Source: Polyangiaceae bacterium | GTDB taxonomy: Bacteria; Myxococcota_A; Polyangia; Polyangiales; Polyangiaceae | Length of the DNA: 64,000 bases | Direction: 5' to 3' | Assembly: GCA_033763455.1 (NCBI GenBank) | Contig: JANRKO010000028.1 | Location: forward strand, 64,001-128,000 | Shown here: in pieces, positions 9,611 to 19,117 of the stretch | Layout: every line of letters starts with the position of its first letter | How positions within the stretch are numbered: position 1 is the stretch's first letter | Notes under the pieces: generated by a model | Seen by the model: only the letters and a program-made list of their open reading frames with translations | Database searches by the model: none | Told to the model about the DNA's origin: nothing | Program-made: the position numbers and the translations under genes

Positions 9611-11230
9611 TCAATCTAACAGATCCAGGTGGTCGCTCGGGGCAATCGGCGCGCTGTTATCTGGGTTGAGATCGGTGGCTTCATTGGTCAGGTTGGTTCT
9701 GAGCTCGAACAGATCTTTTCTGCGATCCAGAGTGGGCGTCACGCTGCCTCCCCCCCTAGCGCGGTAAAGGTCGTTCACATCGAGGTCGGTCACCAACAGC
9801 GTTTCTACGTTGCTGTCTGCTTCCGACTGGATACCGTCTCGTCCAAACGCAAAATCACTAGGCGAAAATACAGCTGCACGCCCGTAGTGAATATCCATGG
9901 CGGGCACACTCGGTAAATTACCGATTATTCCAGCGGTAACTACATAAATTTGGTTTTCGATCGCTCGCGCTTGGCAACAGGCGCGCACCCGAACGTACCC
10001 GTGACGCGTATCGGTGCAATAGGGAACGAACAGGATTTCCGCACCTTGATCGGCAAGGTAGCGGGCTGCTTCAGGGAACTCGGAGTCGTAGCAGATGAGG
10101 ATCCCGAGTTTCGCCTTAGCAGTGGGGATCACTCGCAGCTCGTCACCACCACTAATCCCCCAGTCGCGCTTCTCGGAGGGGGTGATATGTAGTTTGGGCT
10201 GCCAGATGATGCGCCCATCAGGAAACAAAAACGGGCACGCGTTGAACGTTCGGCCCCCGCGTTCAATAGGATGGCTACCACCAATAATGTGGATCCCAAA
10301 AGCTTTAGCCAATCTGGTCATTAGCTCAACAAAATCATGCTCCATGCGGCTAAGCTCCGCGATCCCTTGGAGTGAGGAAAGCTGGTGCAACGCGGGCTGG
10401 CTCAAGAGCTGCACCGAAAAGAACTCCGGGAAAAGCACAAAATCTGCCCGGTAGTGCGCCGCCGTAGCTACGAAGTACTCCACCTGTTGAGCAAATTCAT
10501 CAAAGCTTGCAACGCGGCGAACCTGATACTGCACCGCCGCAATGCGCACCTTGCGATCGACATTGCTCTCTAGAGGAACGTGATCTGGCTTCAGCCACTC
10601 GAGAAATGTTGCGCAATTCTTGCTCCGAGGGTCGCTGATATAGTTGCGCAGAATGCCACGAACAACGAACCCTTCACGCAACTGAAAGCTGAGGACAAGA
10701 TCCTGCAGCTTCCCATCCTCCACCGCTCGCACGTAGGCTTCTGGTCCCATCTTAGAAGCGTGCTCACAGTAGTCGTGGATTCGCCCACCCGCCACGATGC
10801 GCCGTACGTTGAGACGCCGGGCCAAATCCCTCCGTTCTTCGTAGAGTTCGTGCCCGATACCCAAACCGCGTTTTTCTGGATGCACGTACACATCCGCGCC
10901 GTAGAGCGAATCCCCCTGTGGATTGTGGTTGTGAAAGTAACCGCCGTCTGTCACTCCTGCATAGGTGTGTTGGCGAAACGGATTTGCGCCGAGGTCAACC
11001 ATCAGAGTTGAAACTGCACCTACCAGCTGCCCATCCAGCTCCGCCACGATTTGGCCTTCAGGGAATACGCGCAAGTGGTTAGCGAGCTGCCCCCTATTCC
11101 AGACAATGTTTTGCTCCACCATGCTCGGGAAACAAAGCTTATTGAGCTCGATAAGCTCGTCCATGTCGGCGAGTGCCGCGTGGCGCAAGCAGAGGCTTCC
11201 TTCGGCTGTTTCTACGGTTCTAGGTAACAC
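9611..11230 (-). CDS. GNAT acetyltransferase / carbon-nitrogen hydrolase fusion
   Basis: GNAT motif VHPEKRGLGIG; nitrilase triad FPE / QPKLH / ICYDSEFPE. Confidence 0.9.
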   Translation of the reverse strand: MLPRTVETAEGSLCLRHAALADMDELIELNKLCFPSMVEQNIVWNRGQLANHLRVFPEGQIVAELDGQLVGAVSTLMVDLGANPFRQHTYAGVTDGGYFHNHNPQGDSLYGADVYVHPEKRGLGIGHELYEERRDLARRLNVRRIVAGGRIHDYCEHASKMGPEAYVRAVEDGKLQDLVLSFQLREGFVVRGILRNYISDPRSKNCATFLEWLKPDHVPLESNVDRKVRIAAVQYQVRRVASFDEFAQQVEYFVATAAHYRADFVLFPEFFSVQLLSQPALHQLSSLQGIAELSRMEHDFVELMTRLAKAFGIHIIGGSHPIERGGRTFNACPFLFPDGRIIWQPKLHITPSEKRDWGISGGDELRVIPTAKAKLGILICYDSEFPEAARYLADQGAEILFVPYCTDTRHGYVRVRACCQARAIENQIYVVTAGIIGNLPSVPAMDIHYGRAAVFSPSDFAFGRDGIQSEADSNVETLLVTDLDVNDLYRARGGGSVTPTLDRRKDLFELRTNLTNEATDLNPDNSAPIAPSDHLDLLD

Positions 11231-11439
11231 ACGCTCAGCCTAGAGCGCACTGCCCTACCTCGCAATGATCGTCAATGTGGCGGTTCAGTGCAAAAGTTCG
11301 GGGGCTCGGTTATTGCCGGGCCTGACTCCCCATTGGGAGCGAAGTTCTCACGCGGTCCGTTGGGAGCCAAGAGCCCGGTAACGCCATCTTCTACTTCCCC
11401 CTCCAAGCACAATCTGCCAGTGAAGCGACGCCCGGCAGC

Positions 11440-11820
11440 TCAAGGTGTATGCAAGCGAACCAGCTTGAGCTTAGCCAACCGACGAAAGTCCGCATCCAGC
11501 GACCAGACGTGCCCCCCTCTCTCGGTCGCGATTGCGCCAATCAAGAGGTCCCCTAAGCCGAAGTGTTGACCCGCGGCGACAGCCTTCTGCACCCAGGCGT
11601 CGAGGAGTGTCCAGGTGTCTCGGGTGGGGTAGAAAACGGGTAGAGCCGAGAGCGTGCGCCGCAAGGTCGGTTGCTCTCTGACGGACGCGCCCGCGAGGAT
11701 TTCGAGGCGAACTGGCGCCGCCAGGGCGACTTCCGCGCTGTCCAGAAGAAGAGAGAGCGCAGACACTGACGCCCGCCCCCGGAATGCATCGACCCACACC
11801 GAGGTATCTACAAAGATCAT
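11440..11820 (-). CDS. vapC: PIN-domain toxin
   Basis: MIFVDTSVWVD, LEILAG, DLLIGAIA, SLDADF acidic PIN residues. Confidence 0.9.
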   Translation of the reverse strand: MIFVDTSVWVDAFRGRASVSALSLLLDSAEVALAAPVRLEILAGASVREQPTLRRTLSALPVFYPTRDTWTLLDAWVQKAVAAGQHFGLGDLLIGAIATERGGHVWSLDADFRRLAKLKLVRLHTP

Positions 11821-12038
11821 CGGCCGAGGACGCGCCTATTGGAGGTTGGGCGGCGCCGTGAACCTGCGATGTCGACACTGAGCTCCACCTGGCCCATCAG
11901 GCTCTTCAGTTCTTCAATCCGCCGCTGGCGAATGAGCTCGCGCAGAGAAAAGATCACTACATCTGTCTTCGAGGTGAACTCCAAGAGCGCTTGGGCCTCG
12001 TTCATCAGCTCTACGGGGATATCCAAGGTGGTACGCAT
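11817..12038 (-). CDS. vapB: VapB antitoxin
   Basis: MRTTLDIP..LM.EA......SKT.V...L.ELI RHH-type pattern; overlaps the vapC start. Confidence 0.85.
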   Translation of the reverse strand: MRTTLDIPVELMNEAQALLEFTSKTDVVIFSLRELIRQRRIEELKSLMGQVELSVDIAGSRRRPTSNRRVLGR

Positions 12039-12407
12039 ACAATTAAGAGTGGATCGTATGCGTACAGATGTCAAATAGGTTGAAGTAGAAGCACCTGCGC
12101 GATCCCAGGAGGTGGAACGGTTGACACTCGACTTTTCTCGGAATGGCAGGGGCGGGTGACGCGTTCTCCGAACCGAGAGGGGCTAGTGCTCGTCCCTGCA
12201 TGCAACGAGTCTGCTGCAATCTACTTGAGGTCGACGCATGGCGACGCAGGTGATGGCGGAGCACATATGTTTTGTAATGAATGCAACACAGGAGGATGAA
12301 AATCATGAAGGTAAATAATCAAGTTCTTAACGGGGCGTGGGCATGCATTGGTACCCCGGGCATATTGGGGTCTCCATCTTCACAAGCAGATCGCTGAAGG
12401 GGGTGTC

Positions 12408-13331
12408 ATGAAGCGCTATTTCATCCAATCGATGCTAGTGGTGGTAAGCATGGGGGCGGGCGCAATGCTCGCCCGCCTCGGTCCTGTTCAGCAGTTGTTT
12501 GCCGAAGCCTCAGTGATCCTGGAGCTCTTAGGCACCACGGCTCCAGCCGCAGCACCTTCCGAGGAGATATTAGGGGTGCTCTCTGGGAGCCACTCAGCCT
12601 CTCAGCTAGCCGGTGAAGACTTTCTTACACGGCTAGCACACAAAAATGGATCAGCGCGGTTGAGTAGCATGCAGCCGGGGCAGTTCAATATCCCTGCGGA
12701 GAACCTGGCTGCGATGATCAAGCTGGGCAAAGAAATGGGCGTCGACCCAGACAGTATTATCTACGTTCCCGCGGTCACGGATTCACCAACCGCCTTTAAC
12801 GCCATCCAAGATAAGCAGCGAGACCTATCGGCCGAAGAAGCTTACAACAGTGAGCACCGGGAACCGGAATGGGCCACGGCGATGGAAGGGATAATGAGGG
12901 AGCGATTTTCACAGGATGAGGTGGAAAAAGCTGGATTTGGAGGCCTGGAACTGGCAGAGGTTGAATGTCGTACGAGCGCTTGCAGGTTGGAAATCGAATA
13001 TCCGGATTCATTGGAAGCGGCGTTGGACGAGCGTCAGGGGATATCCCAGTCTTCGCCGAAAGGTCCGCCGCGCGTTGTGGACTACTTCGTGTCGAGTGCC
13101 GGCCCGCTTTCGAATTGCTTTACAACCGTCTCTGAAGGCAGCGTTCAGACGGAAAGCGGGATGAAACATAGGGTAACGAAACTCGTTCTTTTTTCGGATG
13201 AAGAAATCGACCCGCGCGATTACTCGGAATGGCACGTGAGGACGCGGATCTCGCCCGAGGACCGCGAGAAGGCAGAAGCGTTAGCTGGAAAGGAGACATC
13301 TAGAGATGGTGACAAATCCGCAGAAAAATAG
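12408..13331 (+). CDS. Hypothetical exported/membrane-anchored protein
   Basis: Purine-rich RBS, N-terminal hydrophobic segment, E.R.PEWA...ECRTSACRLEI motif. Confidence 0.65.
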   Translation: MKRYFIQSMLVVVSMGAGAMLARLGPVQQLFAEASVILELLGTTAPAAAPSEEILGVLSGSHSASQLAGEDFLTRLAHKNGSARLSSMQPGQFNIPAENLAAMIKLGKEMGVDPDSIIYVPAVTDSPTAFNAIQDKQRDLSAEEAYNSEHREPEWATAMEGIMRERFSQDEVEKAGFGGLELAEVECRTSACRLEIEYPDSLEAALDERQGISQSSPKGPPRVVDYFVSSAGPLSNCFTTVSEGSVQTESGMKHRVTKLVLFSDEEIDPRDYSEWHVRTRISPEDREKAEALAGKETSRDGDKSAEK

Positions 13332-13335
13332 GGTC

Positions 13336-14052
13336 ATGAGAACGCTTCTTGTCTGCCTCGGTGCAACTGTTGCAGGTTATGCGCTGAGCATTTCCTATTG
13401 GCCGCGCGGGCAGGTGGCCGATGCCGTAGCAGGAGTGAAGGTCTCGACGGAACGGGAGCGCAAACCGATTGCGAGCGCGCCTTTTCTCAGAGCACAGGAA
13501 AGGATTCACGCAGGCGTATCCGGTACGCAAAGCAAGGACCTTCCAGTGGCCAGCTGTGGAGGTTCCGCGGATATCAGCGTCCTGCAGCCGGAGCGGATCC
13601 TTCCCCAAACGCCACTCAAGAACCAGCAGGGCTTGCAGCGATTTCTCGAACAACACAGGGAAGGTTTTAACGCCATGAGGCAAGCGCTGCTTCCGCAGAT
13701 TGGCGAGGCAATAGGAAACGCTCGTTATTGCTTCGACAAGGTGCCGGAAATCGGTGTTGCGAATGTCAATCTCATCTGGAATGTGGTCTCGACAGAAAAG
13801 GAGGCTGAGGTGTCAAACATCCGTATTATGGATATTGAGGCCTTTGGCCAAGGCGAGAAAATGGCGATGGAGTGCCTCCAGAAATATGTCCTTGGGCAAA
13901 CTTTCCGGGTAACCGCTGGTGCCACCGAATTCGCACCCTACGATGGAACATATCCTAATCTCATGCCCCTATTCCTCTACCGAAGAAGCGATCACTTAGC
14001 CGGGCGTGTTTCTGTTGGGGAAGATAAGGTGACCTTGCTTGATCCGAATTGA
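13336..14052 (+). CDS. Hypothetical membrane-anchored protein
   Basis: Starts 4 nt after the previous stop; N-terminal TM segment; paired Cys (YCF, ECL). Confidence 0.6.
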   Translation: MRTLLVCLGATVAGYALSISYWPRGQVADAVAGVKVSTERERKPIASAPFLRAQERIHAGVSGTQSKDLPVASCGGSADISVLQPERILPQTPLKNQQGLQRFLEQHREGFNAMRQALLPQIGEAIGNARYCFDKVPEIGVANVNLIWNVVSTEKEAEVSNIRIMDIEAFGQGEKMAMECLQKYVLGQTFRVTAGATEFAPYDGTYPNLMPLFLYRRSDHLAGRVSVGEDKVTLLDPN

Positions 14053-14064
14053 CGGCTAGCCTCG

Positions 14065-14189
14065 ATGAACATGCTGCTGCACGGCATCCCCGACGCGGAC
14101 GTTCGAAACGACGACACGCTGGCGGCGGCGCCGGTATCCCCGCGTGCATCCTCGTGCTGCGCGCACCCTGGGCGAAGCCAAAGGTTTGA
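14065..14189 (+). pseudogene. hsdM: Type I restriction-modification methyltransferase relic with internal deletion
   Basis: MNMLLHGIPDADVRNDDTLA is followed at once, in another frame (14127-14162), by GAGIPACILVLR; both are HsdM motifs normally separated by the NPPF catalytic region. Confidence 0.75.
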
Positions 14190-14324
14190 GGACTACAAGC
14201 TCGCTGCCCACGGTGACCTTCCACGATCCTTGCTCGAGCCCATGGCCGCAATGTCGCCTATGACAACGCAGGCGTTGAGCCCGCGGTGGTGGACGTGTCC
14301 CTGTCGCTGGTGTGGGGGTCGAGT

Positions 14325-15131
14325 CTAAGCGACCAGGTCCGCGCGAACGGAGAACGAGTCTAGCGTATTTGGACCAAACGTTGTGTTGATGGCGACGTCC
14401 GCCGCGTCACGTCCGCGCGCTATCAGGACGCGCCCAATGCGTGGGACGTTGTTTCGCGGATCGAATGTGTACCAGCTTCCGCCCAGGTAAGCTTCGAACC
14501 AGCCAGCGAAGTCCATCGGAGCGTCGGTCGCTGGCACGCCGATGTCGCCCAAGTAGCCAGTGCAGTAGCGCGCCGGAATGTTCATGCAGCGGCATAACGT
14601 GACGGCTAGGTGCGCGTAGTCGCGACACACCCCACGCCGCTCCATATAAGCCCCGTAGGCGGTTTTCGTGGGGCTGGCATACTGGTAGCCGAATTCGACG
14701 TGGTGGTGGACGAAGTCGCAAATTGCCTGTACTCGCTGCCAGCCCGTCGGGCCTTGCGAGAACGTCTTCCAAGCGAAGTCCGAGAGCAGATCCGTTTCGC
14801 AGTAACGGCTGCCTAGCAGGTATACCAAGCTATCCTCCGGCAAGGCATCCATCACCAATTGCTCGGCGGTGGGCGCCACGACGTCCGGGAGGCCGTTGTC
14901 GTTGATCAGAGCTTGGGACCAAATCCGAAGCTTGCCTTGAGGGGCCACGAGCCGCGTGCACCAATTGCCGAAGCCATCTCGGTAGGCTCGCGTGGCGATG
15001 TGAGGGGCTGTCTGCATCTGGTCTGCCTCCACCAAATCCGCCGCGCGCGAATGGTGAATGTTCAGCGTCAAGATAATGGGAGTCGGCTGCGGGAAGGTGT
15101 ATTGAAGCTCGTAACCAAGTCGAATTTGCAC
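14325..15131 (-). CDS. Transglutaminase-like family protein
   Basis: YLLGSRYCETD, GVCRDYAHL, PARYCTGYL, WFEAYL, TFDPRNN. Confidence 0.92.
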   Translation of the reverse strand: MQIRLGYELQYTFPQPTPIILTLNIHHSRAADLVEADQMQTAPHIATRAYRDGFGNWCTRLVAPQGKLRIWSQALINDNGLPDVVAPTAEQLVMDALPEDSLVYLLGSRYCETDLLSDFAWKTFSQGPTGWQRVQAICDFVHHHVEFGYQYASPTKTAYGAYMERRGVCRDYAHLAVTLCRCMNIPARYCTGYLGDIGVPATDAPMDFAGWFEAYLGGSWYTFDPRNNVPRIGRVLIARGRDAADVAINTTFGPNTLDSFSVRADLVA

Positions 15132-15340
15132 GGGGCACCTGTAGTCGGCCGCTTACGAGCGCCGCTTTCGCCGGCACCCTAGCACGCCCGAACGCTCGCA
15201 TTCCGAAGCCGCACAATTGAAACACTGCGGACTCGCTGTGTTCACGCCGGCCCACGCCTAAACGCCATTGCTTCAGCCAGGCATTCCAACGATAACAACT
15301 CAGACGCCGCACGTCCGCGATATGTTTCGCGAAGCCCCAG

Positions 15341-16828
15341 TCAGCAGTGGCAAGTAAATCGCGGCCCCAAGGCGAGCCTTGCAGGCCGCCAGAAGGCTCC
15401 ATCGTGCTCTAGAAGAAGCGCACCATCGGTGAACACGGGTAGCTGCCCTTCGGTCAATTGCATGGCGGCCGATGGCGAGAACACCAGTCGATGGTCACCG
15501 AGGGCCCGCGCCTGGTCCATGATGGTCGTTGATTCCACGACTTCCCTGAAGCTTGCACCGGATACCTTGAACAGGCTGAAAGCCCAAGCACCCCAGCCTC
15601 CACCGCAGAAGGCGCCTGCAGTCACCTCCACGCTGACGTAGCGTTCCCCGCTGATCGGGTGCTCGTATGCCCATGCAACGCGCTCGATGGGCTCTTCAAG
15701 GTACCATGGGCCCGACGCTCGCGTCCGAGGCGCAGCGGTGCTGATAGCGTATTCCGGGGGCTTTCCCGCCACCGGTGCGGAGTCGAAGTCTGCCTGTAAC
15801 CTTCGCCCTTCTGAGGTGTTGCCTAAGGCGCGAAGGGCTTGTTCAACTGACTGAGGGTCGAGTGGCATTCGCGAGAACAATACCGGTTTGGGGAGGTTTG
15901 CGGCTCGCGCCCACAGCGCTCCTGCACAATGACCAGCTACGAGCTTCGGATGGCCAACAACGAATCCTTCGTCGCTCAGACGTCGAACGCTCGATACTAC
16001 GTCTTTCGCGTCGGTATCTTGCAGCATTGGGCGCAACGGAAATCCTTCAAAAATAGCGACGAGGCCATCGATCCGAACGCGGCATTTCCAGGCGTCTGAG
16101 TAGAGGTCGTATTCCATGCCCACAAAGGTTTTGAGGTCTTTGCCGAGCTCGCTAGTGACGTTAGCCTGAGAGTGGTTATCATCTAGCCAGACTAAGTTTT
16201 CGGTCGATGTCGACTGAGCGAGCCGCCCGAGTACGGGACCTAAACCTGCAACGGTTGGTTGTAGAAATGCGAACTCTTTGACGGAGTAGCGGTTGATATT
16301 CTGATGCGCGCTAGCGACGCGAGATTCGATCATCTCTTCACGCCCAATTCTTAAGACTGCCCCGTCCATCCGCAGTACCAGCTGTTTTGGCCCGTTATCC
16401 CGAAATCGCGGTGTGGCCCAGGATTGTTGGAAACGAACGACTGCGCCCTCTGCGGTGAGGATTACGTGAACGTCAGACGCGGTGACATGCGGATTCTGCT
16501 GGAAGAGCTGCCGCCGATCGACAAGCCACCCTTTCCGATCAAAACGCCTCTCTTTGGACTTGGCGCGTTTGATCCCCACGAATGGATCTCCATAAAATTG
16601 TTGGTACGCCTCAAAGTCTCCGCGGTTCTGGGCGTTAATCCACTGCGTCGTGAACGTCAGCACCATCTGTTCGCTCACCCTCAAGGCTTTGTTGGGACTC
16701 GGACGCAGCTTTGCGCTAGAAGCCTCCGCGGGGCGGGGGATTGCTCGCACTTCGGAACGGGGCGCTTCCTGGCACGCCGCAAGCATCCAACACGCCCACC
16801 CAATTAATACTGAAAGCTGAATCCTCAT
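15341..16828 (-). CDS. Hypothetical lipoprotein with N-terminal NTF2-like domain
   Basis: Lipobox LAAC; W..AQN.GDF.AY..FY...VRFQQSW....F.DNGPK.L NTF2-like pattern; start set at ATG 16828. Confidence 0.7.
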   Translation of the reverse strand: MRIQLSVLIGWACWMLAACQEAPRSEVRAIPRPAEASSAKLRPSPNKALRVSEQMVLTFTTQWINAQNRGDFEAYQQFYGDPFVGIKRAKSKERRFDRKGWLVDRRQLFQQNPHVTASDVHVILTAEGAVVRFQQSWATPRFRDNGPKQLVLRMDGAVLRIGREEMIESRVASAHQNINRYSVKEFAFLQPTVAGLGPVLGRLAQSTSTENLVWLDDNHSQANVTSELGKDLKTFVGMEYDLYSDAWKCRVRIDGLVAIFEGFPLRPMLQDTDAKDVVSSVRRLSDEGFVVGHPKLVAGHCAGALWARAANLPKPVLFSRMPLDPQSVEQALRALGNTSEGRRLQADFDSAPVAGKPPEYAISTAAPRTRASGPWYLEEPIERVAWAYEHPISGERYVSVEVTAGAFCGGGWGAWAFSLFKVSGASFREVVESTTIMDQARALGDHRLVFSPSAAMQLTEGQLPVFTDGALLLEHDGAFWRPARLALGPRFTCHC

Positions 16829-17096
16829 AGCTCTTTGGCCCCAGTCACTGGGTACGCTAGGCGCCCAGCAAACCTTCGCCAAGCGGAATGCACGGCAAGC
16901 AACCTTTGTCCTCACCACGCAGGCCGGCGGGATGCCTCGTCGACGCTATGGACGATCACGAACCGCTATTGGCACGCTTCACACTGGGGAATGCCCCCAC
17001 TGGCAAGAGCCCGTCGGTATGGCGCGGGGTAGCGTGCAGATCGGAGCCCAAAGGCCCCGCTGAGACGTTTTGCTCAACATCGGCTAGCGTAGAGCC

Positions 17097-18953
17097 ATGC
17101 CAGACGAGTGGAAGTCCAGATACGCAAAGCAGCTGGCAACTCCCGAAGAGGCTGTGGCTCTGATAAAACCAGGCCGGCGCATCCTGATCGGATCGGGCGC
17201 GGCTGAACCGACGACTCTCGTGGAAGCGCTCGTGTCAAAAGGTGACCACCTATCCGACAATGAAATTGTGCATCTTCTCACACTCGGCCCGGCACCATAT
17301 GTGAAGCCGGAATTTGCGGCACGTTTTCGGCATTCAGCGTTCTTCATTGGAGCGAACGTGCGTGACGCGGTGCAGGAGGGGCGTGCCGATTTTATTCCAG
17401 TTTTCCTTTCGGAGATCCCCGAGCTCATTCGGAGCCGGCGTGTTCGCGTCGATGTGGCGCTGATCCAAACCAGTGTGCCGGATCAGCATGGTTACGTGAG
17501 TTTGGGCGTTTCCGTTGATGTCGTGCGGGCCGCAGTAGATTCGGCAGATTTGGTTTTGGCGGAGGTGAATCCGCAGATGCCGCGAACCCACGGTGATTCC
17601 TTTTTGCAGGTGTCACGCATCGACCGCATGATTCCAGTCGATCACCCGTTGCTCGAGCTTTCTTCCGATCCCGTGGGTGAAGTAGAGACCGCGATTGGGC
17701 GCTATGTTGCGAGCCTTGTTCCGAATGGCGCAACGCTCCAAACTGGTATCGGTTCAATTCCGGACGCCGTTCTCAGCGCCCTTTCCGGCCACGTTGACAT
17801 CGGCGTGCATACCGAGATGCTTTCGGATGGCGTGATGGCCCTGGCACGGGCGGGAGTGGTCACCGGACTTCAGAAGAGTGCCCTCCGAGGCAAAATGGTG
17901 ACCTCCTTTGTCATGGGCAGTCGCGCACTTTACGAGTGGGCACACGAGAATCCGGCACTCGAGATGCGGGGTTCTGACTTCACCAACGATCCACAAGTGA
18001 TTGCGGCCAACCACCTTATGGTGTCGGTGAATTCGGCGCTCGCCGTTGATCTTACTGGTCAAGTCGCCGCCGATACGCTCATGGGCAAGTTCTTCTCAGG
18101 TATCGGGGGGCAGGTGGATTTCGTGCGCGGCGCTGCCAAAAGTAGGGGTGGGAAATCTATCATTGCGCTGCGATCCACGGCCAAAGATGGAACCATTAGC
18201 CGCATTCGTTCGGCTCTCGAAGAAGGGGCGGGGGTGGTGACCAGCCGTGGTGATGTTCGCTATGTCGTTACCGAATACGGAGTTGCAGATCTTTGGGGCA
18301 GAAGCGTTCGAGAGCGAGCTCTCTCGCTCATCGAGATTGCGCATCCTGACTTTCGCTCTGACCTTTTGACGGAAGCCAAGCACCGCCGCTACGTGTTCCC
18401 CGATCAACACGTTCCCCGCGCTGTTTATCCTTGGAAAGAGGAACGCAACGAGCGGTTGCTTGGTGGCGGCACGGTTCTCATTCGGCCCATCAAGCTCACC
18501 GACGAAGAGGCTTTGCAGCGGCTTTTCTACGAACTCTCCGACGAGAGCATTTACGCACGATTTTTGATGTACAAGCGGGCGCATCCCCACGAGGAGATCC
18601 AACAACTCGTGGATTCTGACTATCAAAACAGCATGGGGCTCGTGGTGTGTGAACCGGAAGGTTCCGAAATCATCGGTATGTGCAGGTACGATGTAGAGGC
18701 CGCTACCAAGCTTGCCGAGATCGCGTTTGTTGTACGGGATGATTGGCAGGGCCGCGGGATTGGGACTTTGCTTTTGCAGCGCATGAGTGAGATCGCAAAG
18801 GCGCGCGGCGTCGTTGGGTTTTGCGCTGAAGTGTTGGTCAGCAATAAGCCCATGCTGATGGTTTTCCATCGGAGTGGGCTTCAGGTGCGAACCCAGCGGG
18901 ACGGAGCTGTGTATCACCTGGAGGCGTATTTCCCTGAGCGGGCGAAGCGGTAA
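17097..18953 (+). CDS. Acetyl-CoA hydrolase/CoA-transferase fused to C-terminal GNAT
   Basis: LQTGIGSIPDAV, HTEM, SGIGGQVDFVRGA, VVTEYG; GNAT AEIAFVVRDDWQGRGIGT. Confidence 0.92.
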   Translation: MPDEWKSRYAKQLATPEEAVALIKPGRRILIGSGAAEPTTLVEALVSKGDHLSDNEIVHLLTLGPAPYVKPEFAARFRHSAFFIGANVRDAVQEGRADFIPVFLSEIPELIRSRRVRVDVALIQTSVPDQHGYVSLGVSVDVVRAAVDSADLVLAEVNPQMPRTHGDSFLQVSRIDRMIPVDHPLLELSSDPVGEVETAIGRYVASLVPNGATLQTGIGSIPDAVLSALSGHVDIGVHTEMLSDGVMALARAGVVTGLQKSALRGKMVTSFVMGSRALYEWAHENPALEMRGSDFTNDPQVIAANHLMVSVNSALAVDLTGQVAADTLMGKFFSGIGGQVDFVRGAAKSRGGKSIIALRSTAKDGTISRIRSALEEGAGVVTSRGDVRYVVTEYGVADLWGRSVRERALSLIEIAHPDFRSDLLTEAKHRRYVFPDQHVPRAVYPWKEERNERLLGGGTVLIRPIKLTDEEALQRLFYELSDESIYARFLMYKRAHPHEEIQQLVDSDYQNSMGLVVCEPEGSEIIGMCRYDVEAATKLAEIAFVVRDDWQGRGIGTLLLQRMSEIAKARGVVGFCAEVLVSNKPMLMVFHRSGLQVRTQRDGAVYHLEAYFPERAKR

Positions 18954-19089
18954 GGCTTAGCGCAAATTTGGCGCGATAATTCGAGGCTCCACGCAAATTA
19001 GTGCGCTCAAGATCCCTGAAGGGGCGAGGCTAACAGCCGCCACGAAATGGAACCAGTGAGCTGGCGCCGCACTCGCTGCTGCCGGGCGC

Positions 19090-19105
19090 TGGCCTGGCTT
19101 TTGCT
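19090..19105 (+). promoter_or_regulatory. sigma54 promoter-like motif, leaderless geometry
   Basis: TGGCCTGGCTTTTGCT; ATG 19118 begins 14 nt after the -12 C. Confidence 0.55.
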
Positions 19106-19117
19106 TTTGGGGGCGTG

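Noticed and set aside
16970..16985. TGGCACGC as a sigma54 promoter
   Set aside because: Good -24 element but no GC at -12
9611..18953. GNAT-nitrilase and acetyl-CoA hydrolase-GNAT fusions as novel architectures
   Set aside because: Both are known, widespread fusions
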